Counted from the first letter of the whole stretch, positions 22,926-36,247 are shown. The stretch: DNA of 61,297 nt, filler included, from Sphacelaria rigidula (GCA_964200075.2; 8 parts of 8 records of this genome joined end to end with filler, not necessarily neighbours in it); one strand, 5' to 3'. Numbers and translations are program-made. The notes: generated by a model from the letters alone, not told the origin.

Positions 22926-23025
22926 NNNNNNNNNNNNNNNNNNNNNNNNNNNNNNNNNNNNNNNNNNNNTTAATTAATTAANNNNNNNNNNNNNNNNNNN
23001 NNNNNNNNNNNNNNNNNNNNNNNNN
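22926..23025. other. Artificial contig linker
   Basis: N44-TTAATTAATTAA-N44. Confidence 0.98.
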
Positions 23026-23160
23026 GTTGCCTATGGCAAGAATGATCATGGGTACCCCCCCCCCCCCCCCCCCTCCGCCTTTGGTGACGCACCCATGAGG
23101 CAGTATAAACCGTGGATGTCTCTAGAAAGTAGCGGTACCAGAAGATGATACAAATCATCG
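23026..23160 (+). mobile_element. Poly(C)-tailed repeat: 3' end with a long C tail, followed by an internal fragment of another copy
   Basis: ctatggcaagaatgatcatgggta(C)n, then cacccatgaggcagtataaaccgtgg. Confidence 0.8.
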
Positions 23161-24384
23161 GAGAGTTTCGGAAAACGTTTTTCCCGTCTTGGAGTCAGAG
23201 TGGAAGGAAAATAGCCGGTAACGGTACATATTCCACTCTGATTTTTTTCAGAGTGAGAGTGTCATTTGCACAACTCCACTCTGTAAACTGTGTTCCTCTT
23301 CAGAGTTCATAGCGGAGCGGAAAAGAACCACGCCCACCTTCACCACCATGGTCACCTCCAGTCCGAAGTCAATAGACCCTGACATGCAAAGTGGAAGATC
23401 CATCATCCATCACAACTGCCATGCTCATCACAATGGCCCATTCACGACGTAGAAAGGCTTGGCATCGCAATGGTATCAGCATTTCGCGTGGTTGTGTTGC
23501 GTGAAAATTCAATTGCTCGACGGATACACGTTGCCTCGGGTGCAGTTCCTCACTTTTGCCTGCTTCAGCTGGGAGAAGACGGTGAGAACTATTCTTGGTC
23601 TTCAGCGCACAAGCAGTACTACACCTGGCTGTATTCCCATCCCGTGAGAGATCATGACGTGTTGCACCACGGTTATGTGTAGCATGTGGAGAAACTATCG
23701 CAATGTGGCCGAGGTCTGCTGTCTGAAAGAGCTGCGTACCGTACTGTTTGTACAACAGATTCTCTGTACGGTATCGCTGTACAAACTTCACCGCATCGTA
23801 ATGCACTGATTCAGGGTTCTGCATTGCTCTCTCTGTACTGCACTGTCCTCCACACTGCACAGCACTACAGTGTCTTGTAGTCCGCCGTGGTGGACTGAAG
23901 TACTGGAGGTGCAGTGAAGAAGCGCGGTGTACGGTGCGCGCGATGCCGCAGTGTACGGTACAGTCAGGGTTGTGTCGGCCTATGCACTTCAAAACTGGAC
24001 GCTGGTCGATCGTACATTTTGCGGAGCAACCTGCGGTCAATTACTGCGACGGGACAAAATCACGTCATCTCACCTCACATCAGCTTCCGCTGTGAACTTT
24101 TTAACGTCCACTACTGTGAAGTTTCGAAGCCTCCACTCTGCATTCCGATTCGATTATATAAAAAAAATGTTCCGAAACTCCCTTATGATGTATTTGACTG
24201 ATAAATTGTCGCAGTTGAACTGATCGTCCTTTGAGTCCAGCCGTGATCGCATGATAGACGTCCCCAAGAAAAGCAAAACTTGAACACTCGCTCAAGCAAT
24301 TGAGTCACAGAAGAAATGTCGAACAGAACAACATGGTAACCGAAGACATGAAAAAAAAAAAAAAACTTCAACAAAAGCAAAGCA

Positions 24385-24630
24385 CAGAAAGAAATGATCA
24401 TTGGAAGCTGTCATCCAAATGCAAGATGATCAGGACGCTTCGTGCCGAACAACCTTTAGCAGCGTGCAGCTCACCCTTTTCGACTCACCGAACATCTCCC
24501 AGCGCTTCCCGCTTATTTTTTTGTCGCAAGCCTGGTCCAGCGGAAACCCGACGTGACCTCCGTCCCCGTGTTGTAGGGATGCACGTTCAATTGTCATACG
24601 ACTACCGCATGAAAGATCATGAGTACCCCC
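24385..24630 (+). mobile_element. 5'-truncated copy of the poly(C)-tailed repeat
   Basis: ctgtcatccaaatgcaag...gcctggtccagcgg...gatcatgagtaccccc. Confidence 0.8.
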
Positions 24631-27600
24631 GCATCACCCGCCCACCCCCCACCCGCACTAGAGGCGTGCTTTGAATTCTGGGTCATTTCTGTGGCACATA
24701 TTCTTATTTTTATGAAATGCAGATTGGTGGCCATGGAAGATGGTACTACGACGATGTGTAGCGGGGGGGTTTAGCGAGTATGGATGGTGACGCAGGGCGA
24801 AATCGTACGGATGATGATGACACCATCTTGAAATACAAAATACACCGCGCGTGCGGTGTGGTTGCCTACTAGTGTGCGCACTATGCGTAAAGCATTGTTC
24901 ACGAAACCGTGCATCGCAGGACTTATCCTGTTTTGCGTAATGATGGATGGCGTAGTACCAGTGCACGATACCGCGGCCATCGCATGAAGCGACGTTCAAC
25001 ATACAGTACATTTGCACACGGTAGGAAAGCGTGTGCTTGACGGTAAAAGCGTCCGGTTGGGAGCTACGTGTGGCTTTTCGATCTTTTTTTCGATCAAAAT
25101 TCAATGACTGAATACTGTACACGTTTTTTTTAGGATTCAAATTTGTTTTCATATGCTCCTAAAGAAGGCGCTGTTCCTTTCTCCGGGAGGGAAATCGTTT
25201 TAAAAAACTGTCGAGATGGTAGTATGTGCTCTCCATGGCAAACACTGTACTCTTTATCCCCATTTCACAGTCTGTGAGACAATTGACTGCCCTTTCGCTC
25301 CTGCTTTCGTACACCGCGTCTGGTGCGTGTTTTGATGCGGTTCTTTCTCGCTTTTTGTTCCGCTGTCAGGGTCGTGCTCGCTCAAGACTGGTAAACTGTC
25401 CGCGAACGCTGGAGCCGGCGGGTAAGTAACACCTGCCATCAATGTTCTTCACTTTCCATGTTGAATGTACATGTACTCGATTACGTGGTGCATCGCAGGG
25501 TATAAACCTCCTCTGTCTCATGAGCTACGGATTCCTGGGTTTACACGGGTCCTTGATCGTGTTCGATTGCGAAAAAGTTGTTTGTAAGGTTGTTTTCTGT
25601 AGGATACGGTTTTATTGAGTACCCGGTGTGTTTGCCCGGGTATTACCCGTACCCGACTGTTTGGTGAGTTATGTGAGCCTCCCGCACCGGTACCCAATAG
25701 TTATGTGAGATATATACGGAATTTTTATTTGTGTTCTTTCGTGAGGCAAAACCACGAAAGTAATAGCTGCCGTTTTAGTCCATCTACGTCGCTTTCCTTT
25801 CTAAGATGACTCACTAGACACGTGGAGACGGTTCCATGGCATCTTGGTGTTTTCCTATTGGACCGCAGTTTTTCTGGCCAACCCTGCATAGTTGTCCAAG
25901 GATCGTGAAGCACAGACGGAACCGTCAGCTTTCTCTGGACTTCGACCGTTTTTATACAAAAGTGCAAGTTTGGACAGGAAAAAAAAAGCTGCAGCAACCC
26001 GAAAGCGCGAATGTGTCCTGAAATCGTTTTGAGGAGTGGAGCAAGTCGGTCCAAGGTGCCAGAATTCACCGAGCCCTCGTAAAGCGCTTAAAACGCTGCA
26101 GAAATATCGAAAAAGTAGCTGCACATATCAGATGGTTTCGGGAAACGATCCCTTGTTATTTCCGAGTGCAAATATCTCGAAATCAAAGGGCGAAATGAAA
26201 TAAGAAATCCAATCGAAAAAAGTTGAGGGGTCACCACATTTGACGAAAGGGAAACTAGTTTTCCTCTACATTCTGATCTCGAGATATTTGCACTGAAAAA
26301 TAAAAAGTAAGAGTTTCCATGATCTCTCTATTCTCATTTCGTTTTGCCATAAGAAGCGGCCTTATCCGGGGTACGGGTACAACCTTGTATATTTACCCGG
26401 ATGTGGGTGGAGGTTTCTGAGCAATCTCCATGATGTTCCCGACAGGTATGTACCTTGTGTGAGCATCCCATACTAGTACTCGACAGTTATGTAGTATCTG
26501 AAAGTTCGATAGTGGTACCCGACAGTTGCTAGTCTCACTAAGAAATATAATACCCTACCGGACATGTACCCGTACCCCACATTGCAAAACGTTTTTACAC
26601 CTATCGTTTTCTGAAATTTTTGGGTCGAAACCGATTAATGTACTTCTATAATCCTCATTCGCACCCCAAACGTCGACGAATGGCTGGAACAAAATCAGTC
26701 CGCCCGAAACTGGCCATATTTCGCCCCTATTCCGGGCGAAAAACCCGAAAATAATCAAGAAATGCTACCGTTTGCTCAAAAGTTGGCGGTCTTCCGCATC
26801 TCTGGGGCTTGATTCTTAGAGAGAAGTCCAGAAAAGAAGACGAAAGCAGTTCCAAAATATTTCCAGAATATTCCTAAAGGTGGTCAAGACCCAACTTTTG
26901 AACAAAAAGCGTGCGTCGCTGTTTTATCCTTAAAATGATACGAACTCGAGTATCGTGCATACATGCCTGTGAGATGATCGCTACTTGTGACCCCAAAGGC
27001 GCTCACACAGGGAACATACGAAGTACTACTGCAGCGTTTGCCCTTTTCCCTCGCTGCTTGAGCACAAACTCGACGTCGGTATTTTCCAGAGACACAAGAA
27101 AGCTGGCGATGTAGAAAAAGTAGCGTCTTCCGACACATCTCGACGAGACCCTTGCTCCGCTACTCGAACTGAACATGTATCTGTCGGTGTGATGGGTGTT
27201 GTTATGATCGAAAAGCTTTAGTTTCGAAACTGGCATACATGAGGAAGTACGATAACGGGGGGTGCTATGCGTCGAAAGTGGCGGCCTGATGTCTCTCCCC
27301 GTCATATATGCAAAAGCTGTGATCACTGAGTGAGAAATCTGGATGTGATTGCCTTGGTAAAAATGAGAAGTCCACGGTAGAGGTTTGCACCATTTCGGCC
27401 CAGGTGTGTCTTACTGAGGGGCTGATGAGTTTAGGAACTACGCAATAGCATGAATCGGGATATTGCCGTTTTGACATTCATCCGAGATGGCTATAGCTCA
27501 TTGGAAAACGAATCGTGGCGTGGTCACAAATATCTCGTGCGTCGTGTTTTGGATGAGTGAAAGGCCATTGAAGGAACAAAACGGAACCAATTAAATGTAT

Positions 27601-27993
27601 CGGTGTAAGTATATCGTTCTAGATTGCGTTCTGAAAAATGGCTGTGCTTGTCCAGAAAAAAGGGTTGCTGCTCGTCATCAGGGGAAGCTATTGATTTATC
27701 TTGTGCTCTGGTTGTCCAAAAGCGCTGTGGCGTGCTCGCCACCGAGTGATACAGCGATGGCACACACTGATACCTGTGTCGAGCGCAAAGAACCCCAGAC
27801 TCGTGAACGCCGAGTCTGATTTTTTCACCGCCAGGGTGGATTCTATCCCTTGCTTTTCCTTCTCCATTCTGTCATTATCTTCCACAGGTAGGAAAATATG
27901 AGCTACCTGACTATTTTACTCCTCATCAGTCTTCTGATCCGGATCATGACATGGCCCATCTGGCCCCATTTTTTTAGTCACTCCCCACAGCGC

Positions 27994-28120
27994 CGTAAAT
28001 TCGCGTTTGATGATTGAGTGCGAGCCTGGTCCGGCGAAAACTCGGCGTGCTCCGTCCCGGCTTTGTAGGGATGCGAGGTCAATGGTATCATGACTGTGGC
28101 ATGTATGATCACGAGCACAC
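27994..28120 (+). mobile_element. 5'-truncated copy of the poly(C)-tailed repeat with a 15-bp imperfect TSD
   Basis: cactccccacagcgc (27979-27993) vs cacaccgcacagcgc (28118-28132), 13/15 identical. Confidence 0.8.
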
Positions 28121-28660
28121 ACCGCACAGCGCTGGACGCCGACCACGCGGAATAGCGCGAAGTTAGGGCTTTGACTTCTCAGACCCGTCTTTCACGGATT
28201 TTGTGCTTTTGGACAAAAGATCCGAGAGTCCACTCCGACTCGTTGTTCAAGGTAGCTCATGAGCTGTTCGACGCGAGGGTCCTCTTCGATGAGGTCCTTT
28301 TTGAGCACTTCATGAGCGGTGCGACATGTGTAATGTTTGCCCTTTCCTTCCTGTGGAGACGAACCTATTGTCGCGAGGGATCAACCCACATCTTCCCTTG
28401 AAGCTCTTCATACCCTCGTGACAGTTTACGACCCAGGATTGGGTCAGCACCGAATCGCGTCGACTCGCTGTCTTTTTTCATGCTACCGACGTACTCGAGG
28501 TTCTAACGGCGGAAACGAGATACTGCCATGAGAGGGCGAAAAAACCCGTACGGATCGTACGTTCATTTTGGAGGATGACATTCCCGTGTTGTACATTCTT
28601 TGTTTCCGCGCAAGATGAATGTGGCTTACCTCACGAGACTGCAAGTGCCTCCGATTTCCT

Positions 28661-28745
28661 GTTGATTGATTGATTGATCGTCGCACTTTAACTGATCCTC
28701 CAGGGGTTCATCCGTGGTCTCATTATGGACGTACTCAAGAAAAAC
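28661..28745 (-). mobile_element. Retroelement 3' end with (ATCA)n tail; related ends at ~42185-42257, ~43470-43550 and ~49910-49972 (+)
   Basis: Shared gaccacgg.tg.acccctg...gtgcgac followed by aatcaatcaatca. Confidence 0.7.
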
Positions 28746-29459
28746 GGAATTCAAACACGCTGTAAGGGAGAAAAAAAACCCCTCTATACTGCAGTAATTA
28801 TCCCCAGGTTTAACGATTTACAATTGAGGTTCCCTCGGACAAGGTATGGTTGTCTTCAACTGATGAAGCAACCCACCGAAAGGGTACACCATACTAATTT
28901 CAAGTATACCAATGTGGCAGATTCGTGCACCGAACTAGAAGTGACGTTTCCCCGGCAACGAAAGCCCGCATATTCCACTTTGTGGATGATGACCGCGGTT
29001 GCATTCCACGAGGATTAATTGTTGTGCGATGATTCATGAATTGGTCAATTAAATCAGTCAAGTACCCCATTTGTTTTGGAATTATCGACATGCGTTTGTA
29101 ACTATTACACAGCAGTGACGGGTTGCGGTAGTGTGAGCTATTCCCATCAAGCCTCACTTGTCGAATACAAAAAAGCAATGAGATCCTTCAAGCACGCAGA
29201 ATAGAAGGAGCTTCCCCCGAGTTGGTCCGGGTGTGCTGAGATGAACAAACCGGATGTGTCATGGGTAACTGTTCCAAAATTATCGGAACTTCAGGTCAAA
29301 TACATGTAGGTGAAGCCACCAGTTGAGAACTCGGCAGTTGAGACCTTGATCCTTCACCCTTTCGAAATATACGGCCTTTGAGCACACACTCGATAGTTGA
29401 CATAATGTTCTCGGAAATTTCCGGTTTGTGACAGGTGCAGTATTAGATTTTAGTATGGA

Positions 29460-29668
29460 CACCGAAATCCGGATCTTTAAAGGGGCTACGCTCCTGGCGT
29501 GCTCCTAGCGTGCACAGAACGCGTCTTTGTCTGAATCGGCGCCTGGGGCGCCGATTTGAGGTCTGGCAACGCACACTTCGCCTAGCCAACACGTTCCCTC
29601 CCTTGCCCGAGGGTTCTTGGTATGTCTTCATTGGGATTGGGTAAGGGTAAGGTTTAGGGTTAGTGTTA
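29460..29668 (+). repeat. Dispersed repeat ending in degenerate (TTAGGG)n; related copy at ~33905-34090
   Basis: ggatctt...gggg...tcctg..gtgct...acg.gtctt...aatc.gcgcc shared; both copies end in TTAGGG-like tracts. Confidence 0.55.
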
Positions 29669-30119
29669 TTCGGAAAGCATCAGCACCTGCACAAACCATG
29701 AATTTCCGAGAAATATCTGTCAACTACCGAGTGGTGAAGTCACCTCTGAGCACAACCTGTGATGCCTGAACAAGAATCTCACACTAGAACATATATTGCG
29801 GCTGCTGGTAAGCCACAGATGAAATGAGAAATCAAGCCTCGGGCCACCCAAGAGGTTAAGTAGTGCCGCCCGGGCCACCCAAGATTAGTCAATGCCTTCA
29901 TCATGTTGTGTTTGTTGTCGTTGCTGTTGTTGGATTTTGGAAGAAACCCCATCCTCCGTTAATTTCTCGCTGTCTCTCGCTGCTTTTTTGGTTGGTCGCA
30001 GAGCTAAGTGCGACTGCGGGCCGGGCTGCTCCTGCGGCTGCTCCTGCCACAAGTGATGAAGCCCGAGAGAGAGGGATGGACGGCTGCTCACCATACTGTA
30101 GTTGATGGGAGTGTTCACA

Positions 30120-30329
30120 CCTCATCTCCCCCCCACCCCCCCCTGGTTGATGGAATGATTTGCAGCCTCGGTTTTCTTCCGTCAAACTGGCTCCGCGTTG
30201 CCAATGTTTTCTGTTCCCTATATCGATTGGGAGATGATCCGCTTCAAATATTTCCACGGCGTATATGTTGAACGGTTGAGCTTGCGGTGGCCTCGTGACT
30301 GCCTCAACCGACGACGACTTGTAGAGAAA
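30120..30329 (-). CDS. Possible exon with a C2-domain-like strand
   Basis: tctttctcAG acceptor, then FLYKSS...NIYAVEIFEADHLPID. Donor uncertain. Confidence 0.3.
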
Positions 30330-30600
30330 CTGAGAAAGACAAAAATCGTCGGTCAGTACGGGGGGGGGGAGGGGGTGATATAATACTCCCGGGTGCTTAC
30401 AGTACACTTGGAACGGAATTTGGGCGGCAGTACATGTTGACCACCGACCAGTTTTGTGGAAGCATGTTGGCAATTTTTGTTTCTCACGGATTGTTTTGTG
30501 TCAATCGGAGTGAGATTCGTAAGGGCGTCCGTCTGTTGGCATTGAGAGGGGGGACGCGGGGAATGGAGAGGGAGGGGGGGGGGGGGGGGGGGCCTCTTGG

Positions 30601-30700
30601 NNNNNNNNNNNNNNNNNNNNNNNNNNNNNNNNNNNNNNNNNNNNTTAATTAATTAANNNNNNNNNNNNNNNNNNNNNNNNNNNNNNNNNNNNNNNNNNNN
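30601..30700. other. Artificial contig linker
   Basis: N44-TTAATTAATTAA-N44. Confidence 0.98.
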
Positions 30701-31164
30701 CGGCACGATACACTACAGACTGCACAGCGAATATATGAGGCGTAATAATCAGGTGGTCGGTAACCACACCATCGTCTGTGTTATGACGCAACTATGTACC
30801 TCTGATGCACTCCCCGTCCCTTCCGCCTTTGAGTAGGCGTTTTGAGTTGCGACAAAGGAATCATTCTGAGCCCAAAAAGTGTGGTGTCTATCTCAGTCTA
30901 CCAGAGGGGGGGTCGCTGTCCAAGGGTTAAATTTTTGACAGGATATTTTCATCATCATCCCGCGCAACTCCATTAGGGGTGCGGACGAAAACAAAACAAA
31001 ACAGGAAGTCAGAGCGAGTTGAAGTTTCAGCAAAAACAGGAAATATGCTATAACTTTCGTAAAAAAAAACTAAAAAGGCCACGACGCTCCAATACACACG
31101 GGAACTCACGTCAACGACCTTCTGGTAATGTTTTCGGCCAAAAACACCTTCAAATGGGCGCGGC

Positions 31165-31380
31165 ATCGCACTTTTCGTGTGACACGGCCGCGCCGCTTTA
31201 ATTCAAGTGATACAGGAGACTCCGATGATGGAGGTCATGAGTTCGAATCCCGACGCATTCTCTTTTTTTCGTCTATCGTTAAGGGCATATATTATGCAGG
31301 ACATTTCCCTCCTCCCCCCTTAATTCAGCGGTGGTGCCGTGTATCACCAGGTTGGTCTGCACTTCACAGCGATATGCTCA
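31165..31380 (+). mobile_element. tRNA-related SINE-like repeat (copy 1)
   Basis: A-box-like taattcaagtga and B-box gagttcgaatcc followed by a T-run; colinear with 60455-60680. Confidence 0.6.
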
Positions 31381-31739
31381 AGTGGCGCTCAAGTGGAGAA
31401 CTCGAAAAGTTGGTTGTGGAAAGCGAATGCGGGATTTATTCCTGGCCCTGCTCGTGGAATTAGTCGGAGGTGTTGGAGGCAAAAGCTATGGACAGTTCGT
31501 CAAGTCATTACATTCTACATCGAGTCTGCTGACATGACTGTGTCTTGTCCTTGGAGGGGACAATTGATGTGTTTCAGCGAATACTTCAATATTGTTTGCA
31601 CATTAATCATGTTACACCCCGTGTGGGAATCATTTTCATGATTTACCCGAGCGCTCAAGATTGACTGAGGCCTGGGTATATCGCAATGATACTTTATATT
31701 TTCAAGGTCTTCCCGTATTCAAACCGTATCTGGGCTACT

Positions 31740-32170
31740 TGTAGTATTCAACTACCCTCCCTGGTCCTGCCAGAAAGAAGAGGTACCAGTAGTCGAGTGG
31801 AGGAGAAAGTAAATGCACAGTATTGCCCGTGCGGTGAAGTAGTAGAGAGTAAAACTCATACAGTGGTAGAATGTCAAATATACAAGGAGGAACGGCAAGT
31901 GCGAGAGGGGGGAATGTGGGTAAGCCCAAAAAGGTGGAACGAGATCGTTCGATGCATTAGACGGTAGCAAGAAAACGATGGCTACGCCAGGAGATAGACG
32001 GTGGCCACATACGGCGAAATAGGGCGGGGATAAGATATGAAGAAGGTTTCTGTTTGGTGTCTTGTTGTTGTCTTCACGATCAAACCGTTCCGATATATGC
32101 TCAGTACTCTGTACTGGGCATCTGATGCGGACGCCTTCCGTGGTCACAGGCTAACGACCCCCAGCCAGGG
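31740..32170 (+). mobile_element. 3' remnant of a LINE (C-terminal CCHC zinc knuckle plus 3' UTR)
   Basis: CPCGEVVESKTHTVVECQIYKEER matches the CxC...E...H....C motif; degenerate. Confidence 0.7.
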
Positions 32171-35100
32171 TAAAAGAAAATCATAAAATTAAACCAATCC
32201 CCGAAACAATGCACACAGACGCAATACAGAAGAAAAAAAGAAGAGAAAAAAATACCACGTAGTAAAAAAAACGAAAAAGACGAAAGTAAAAACACTACTG
32301 CTAGCCCTCTCAGGTCCGATGCCATATGCGACCATTCGGGCTACTGGAAGCAGGGCCATTTGGTCCACCCAACACGCGAGGCCAAACAGGAAGGGAGCCA
32401 AACTCGAGAGCCACGATTACCAGCCAAAGCGATACGAGTTGCAGGGTTCTTACCATATACCTCTAGAGGGACAGCTAATGTGCGAATATACTAGGCATAA
32501 CAGGAAAAGCACCACAAAACAACAAACACCACCACCTCGGGGGCCAGGGGGCGTTGGAGTCAGCAGTTAGTAGAAAAATATTAGTGTATGGAAGAAGCAT
32601 CATGAACGCTCAAATGTTGGAGTTGTCTCTATTACGAGTAGGCACAGTGCTCCGTCTCGAAAAGGACGCGTGGTCAATGGTCAAACGACTAAGGCAAGTA
32701 ATAAATGAGTACCCACCCCTCCCCCCAATCCTTCAAGGCTCACGGGTGAATTGGTACCTCATGCCTTCAGGAGGTGGGGTCACGTGGTCATAATGCGCTC
32801 CGCCACTTTCTGCCTGTACATGTGGGGTGCAGAGAAAAAAAATACTCGAACGGCGTGGAAACAAGAAAATCTACACTCATCGAATCGTCCTCATAATGTG
32901 GCCCCCAGGAAGTGACCCTAACGCATGTGGAGCGAGTCATAATGCATGCTGTACGATCAGGTCAAGAAATAGACGGATCTCCTCATACCGGAATATTTCA
33001 ACTCAAGACGGTTTTGCACTGTTCACTAGGTTCCCACCCGTTAGATGGGTTAGTTAGCCTTGCATTTTGACGCCGTGGATGTAGCAGGTGGACGGGTTGA
33101 GATTGAGATTTGGGCCTGTATGCGTAGCATGTGGAGAGATTTGCCCCTTGAGCGCGAAGCGATACATACTCGTTAACCACCGAGTTTTGTGTTTCTGTCT
33201 ACGGTTGCTCCCACATTAACAGAATCATAAAACTCATTCACTCTCAGTCAACGCTAGACTGGCAAAAACCTTTTCTGTTTTCTGGACATGCGTGATGTCG
33301 CTCCTCATTTTTCGTGTGGAAAAAGAGATGAAAATGACTGCAGACGCGGTCCGCTACTCAAAATACGCGGTCGAAGACTTACTAGCCTCTTCAATTTTTC
33401 TTCAGTGAAACATGCGGGCTTAGTAAGGGACGGTTTACTTGAAGGCCGCACGCCTTTCATCAATCAACGCAATGGGGGGCAGTGCAGTTCAGCGCACGCA
33501 TGCTTCAGGACGTGCAAGCTTCGACACAGTTCATGTTCCGCGCTGCATTAGCACAGATGTGATCCTAGCTCGTGCAAGCGGCATGGTCCTATCTGACGAA
33601 TACACATGAAACGAAGGAGAAAACTTGACATACGTCAACGCCTGTGATGAAACCGTACAGTGCCGGCAAAAAGACGCGCACGTTTCTAACGGACACTCTT
33701 GCCCAAGCTTCCTCTTTCCTGGAGTTTTAGAAAATGCGAAATCCGGATGCCCAAAGAAATAATAGCACCGTTACTATTAGAAGAATACCTCGCACTCTTC
33801 GTATGATGGACATGGCAGACGCACCTGAGAAGTGGTGAACAGGCTGTAGGGTTAGGGTTTACGCGAGTTCACCGTCAAGAACTCAATGATTTTTACTGCA
33901 GAGAACGAGATTTGGATCTTCACCGGGGTTGACAGTCCTGAGTGCTTCCTGTCTGCGCAACACGTGTCTTCGCTCAAAATCTGCGCCGGTTCGACACCAC
34001 CTGATGCACACTAGGCCCGACAAAACCCTCTTCACTCCTCCTGCCCAACGGATCTCGTTAGGGTTGGGGTTAACGTTGGAGTTAGGGCTGGACATACCTA
34101 GTTCGTGTCAACCATGATTGTTTTACGACCTCGCGTGAAAACAGGCCTCCACACCTTAAATCGCTAAGCCAATCAAAGACATGTATCTGGCAACCAATCC
34201 CGGTAACCCAGCACACCGTCAAAAGTTTTCAGGCCGTCCTGATGTTTGCCCAGGTTTCCGATCCGCCAAAAGTTGCTCCGAGTACAGTTTGGAGAGTAGC
34301 GGGGCGACGTGAGATGATTCTAGTGCCCTTCTGCGCAAATCGACACCGATTGTGTTCTCGTGCATGGTCAATCCCATACCTCTGTCGCGGGGAACTCTGC
34401 TCTTCTGTACTTGATCGAACTGCACGCCAAGATCTACAGCAAACACTATCGGCTACTACAATACAGTTTGACCTGCCGTACAGAGTACTTACCCTACAAG
34501 ATTTGTCGGTGGCCTGAACGGTGAGACGAACGTCGGATACCATACTTCACGAATGATTTTATCTGCGCGGGAGCAGCAGACGCAAGGTATTTCGGGGCCG
34601 TGCAACAGTGCCGCACCCGACCGCCCTGAACGATGTACCGTAGTTATCCCAACTGGTGTCGACCATCACGTAGACTACCGTAAACGGACCTAGAGTTCAT
34701 CATGACAGGCACATCGGAATAGACATGGCATTTCGCCACTCAACTGCTCCTGGGCTATCGGAGTCACACTAAACACTGTACCAACAGGCTTACCGCACCG
34801 TCCAGGTTTCTGTTGCGAGAAAAGCGCATGAAGGAGTTCGTATTTTACAACTGGGGAACCCCGTGTACTCTCACTACTGTACACGTCAACGTCAAGCCGA
34901 GCATCAACGCCCACAAGGACACCAACAACCCTTCAAGTCTGGGGGGGAAACATTCGTTCGCTACATAACTTGTTTCCAGGAAACCAGTGCTGTATGGGAG
35001 TGAGTTATGCGTAACATAGGACGAAGCGCGGCGACTGCAATGCACCTTCTTGGCTTGGGGTGTGGTACAACATCAGTACCAACCGCAATGGTCTATTGTA

Positions 35101-35542
35101 ATGACAGATGGTCGTCACGGCATGGCCGCCAAAGCTGAGTTTCCAGGATGTGATTTAAAAACCATTCCCCCCCGCCCCTTTGCTCTCCACACGAGATATC
35201 GAGGGCAGACCGGTAACAAGTTGTCAGTTCATCAGTATATGTACGTTTCGACTGGTACAACTAGACTTTCGTGGCGACTGAAGTTGAAAGGACGAACATG
35301 TAAGATGAAAGTGCGAGATGAATGAAGACAGACACGGTACACGGGCAGCCGGGGGGTCGGAGTGCCGTGCTGTACGACGGAAATCCGAAGTTATTTACTT
35401 CTAGTGACACAGGCATACTGTACTGTTGTACTAAACTGTGTCTATCTCGTTTCGAGACGCTTTACTTTTTTCTCTTGGGTCTACTATTGTCGGTACTGCA
35501 CGATATATACGGTTGTCTGTACTCTTTACTGTGTTTCCTCAC

Positions 35543-35668
35543 CTGACAAGACCAATACGCCGCTGAGCCATCCTCATCGCCCCCGCCTGCCCCACCCGCG
35601 GCCTTCGGGTTAGGCGTACCGCACATGTCGCACGCCACAGCCCCATCGGGATTGTGGAATGTGCAGGC
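35543..35668 (-). CDS. Exon 2 of a RanBP2-type zinc-finger protein
   Basis: taaccAG acceptor, GTGAGG donor, 42 codons: ACTFHNPDGAVACDMCGTPNPK...YWSCQ. Confidence 0.85.
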
Positions 35669-36208
35669 CTGGTTACAATTACGAACAGGAATGCCTTTGG
35701 TGACCGACGGTGATAAAAATGAAGCTCGACTTTTACCCGATATTTTCGTCCGCTCCCAGGGTGTACTAAAGTTGTGTTCAATACCGGACTGTGACCGACT
35801 GAAGCTGGCGTACCTCCTTCGACTGTCTGTGACCGACCACAGCTGACATCCCTCTGTAGCTTCGATTAAGCGGTCACTTGATGACATACCGAGTATAGAA
35901 TACCCAGGAGGCTCCCTTTGCACGGAACATATCCTACGTGTTCAACCGAGGACAAGGAACAACAGCTCCACGATAGAAAGGGAAGCCACCAGATACAGCT
36001 GCTTCACTGAACACATATAGCCGCCTGTACAAAATGACAAACGCCGTTTGAGGGGCCTCACCATAAGAGAGGAGAGATCCAGTCAGCGGTGAGGTCGCCC
36101 CTATACTACTGTTGTCGTGTACTGTGGTATCTGTAGTGAGTTGTCGTAGGTCAGCCTCAACACTCCATTATTCCACCACTTTTACACAGATCATTCCCTC
36201 CTTCTCAC

Positions 36209-36247
36209 CTCGCAGGCCCACGTCTTGTCCCCATCAGCCTCCACCAT
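36209..36247 (-). CDS. Exon 1 of a RanBP2-type zinc-finger protein
   Basis: ATG...MVEADGDKTWACE with GTGAGA donor. Splicing to 35668 rebuilds W-x-C-x2-C-x3-N-x6-C-x2-C exactly. Confidence 0.85.

Noticed and set aside
27421-27450. CTGATGA hammerhead-like cores (also ~9616, ~42769, ~46072)
   Set aside because: No stem II followed by GAAA in the required geometry. No hammerhead or HDV-like fold could be supported in the poly(C) element by eye.
29180-29440. LamG-like fragment on the minus strand (GLFISAHPDQLGGSSFYSACLKDL)
   Set aside because: Short, interrupted by stops and without supporting exons.
31195-31260. Possible tRNA gene
   Set aside because: B box present but no convincing cloverleaf; treated as a SINE-like head.
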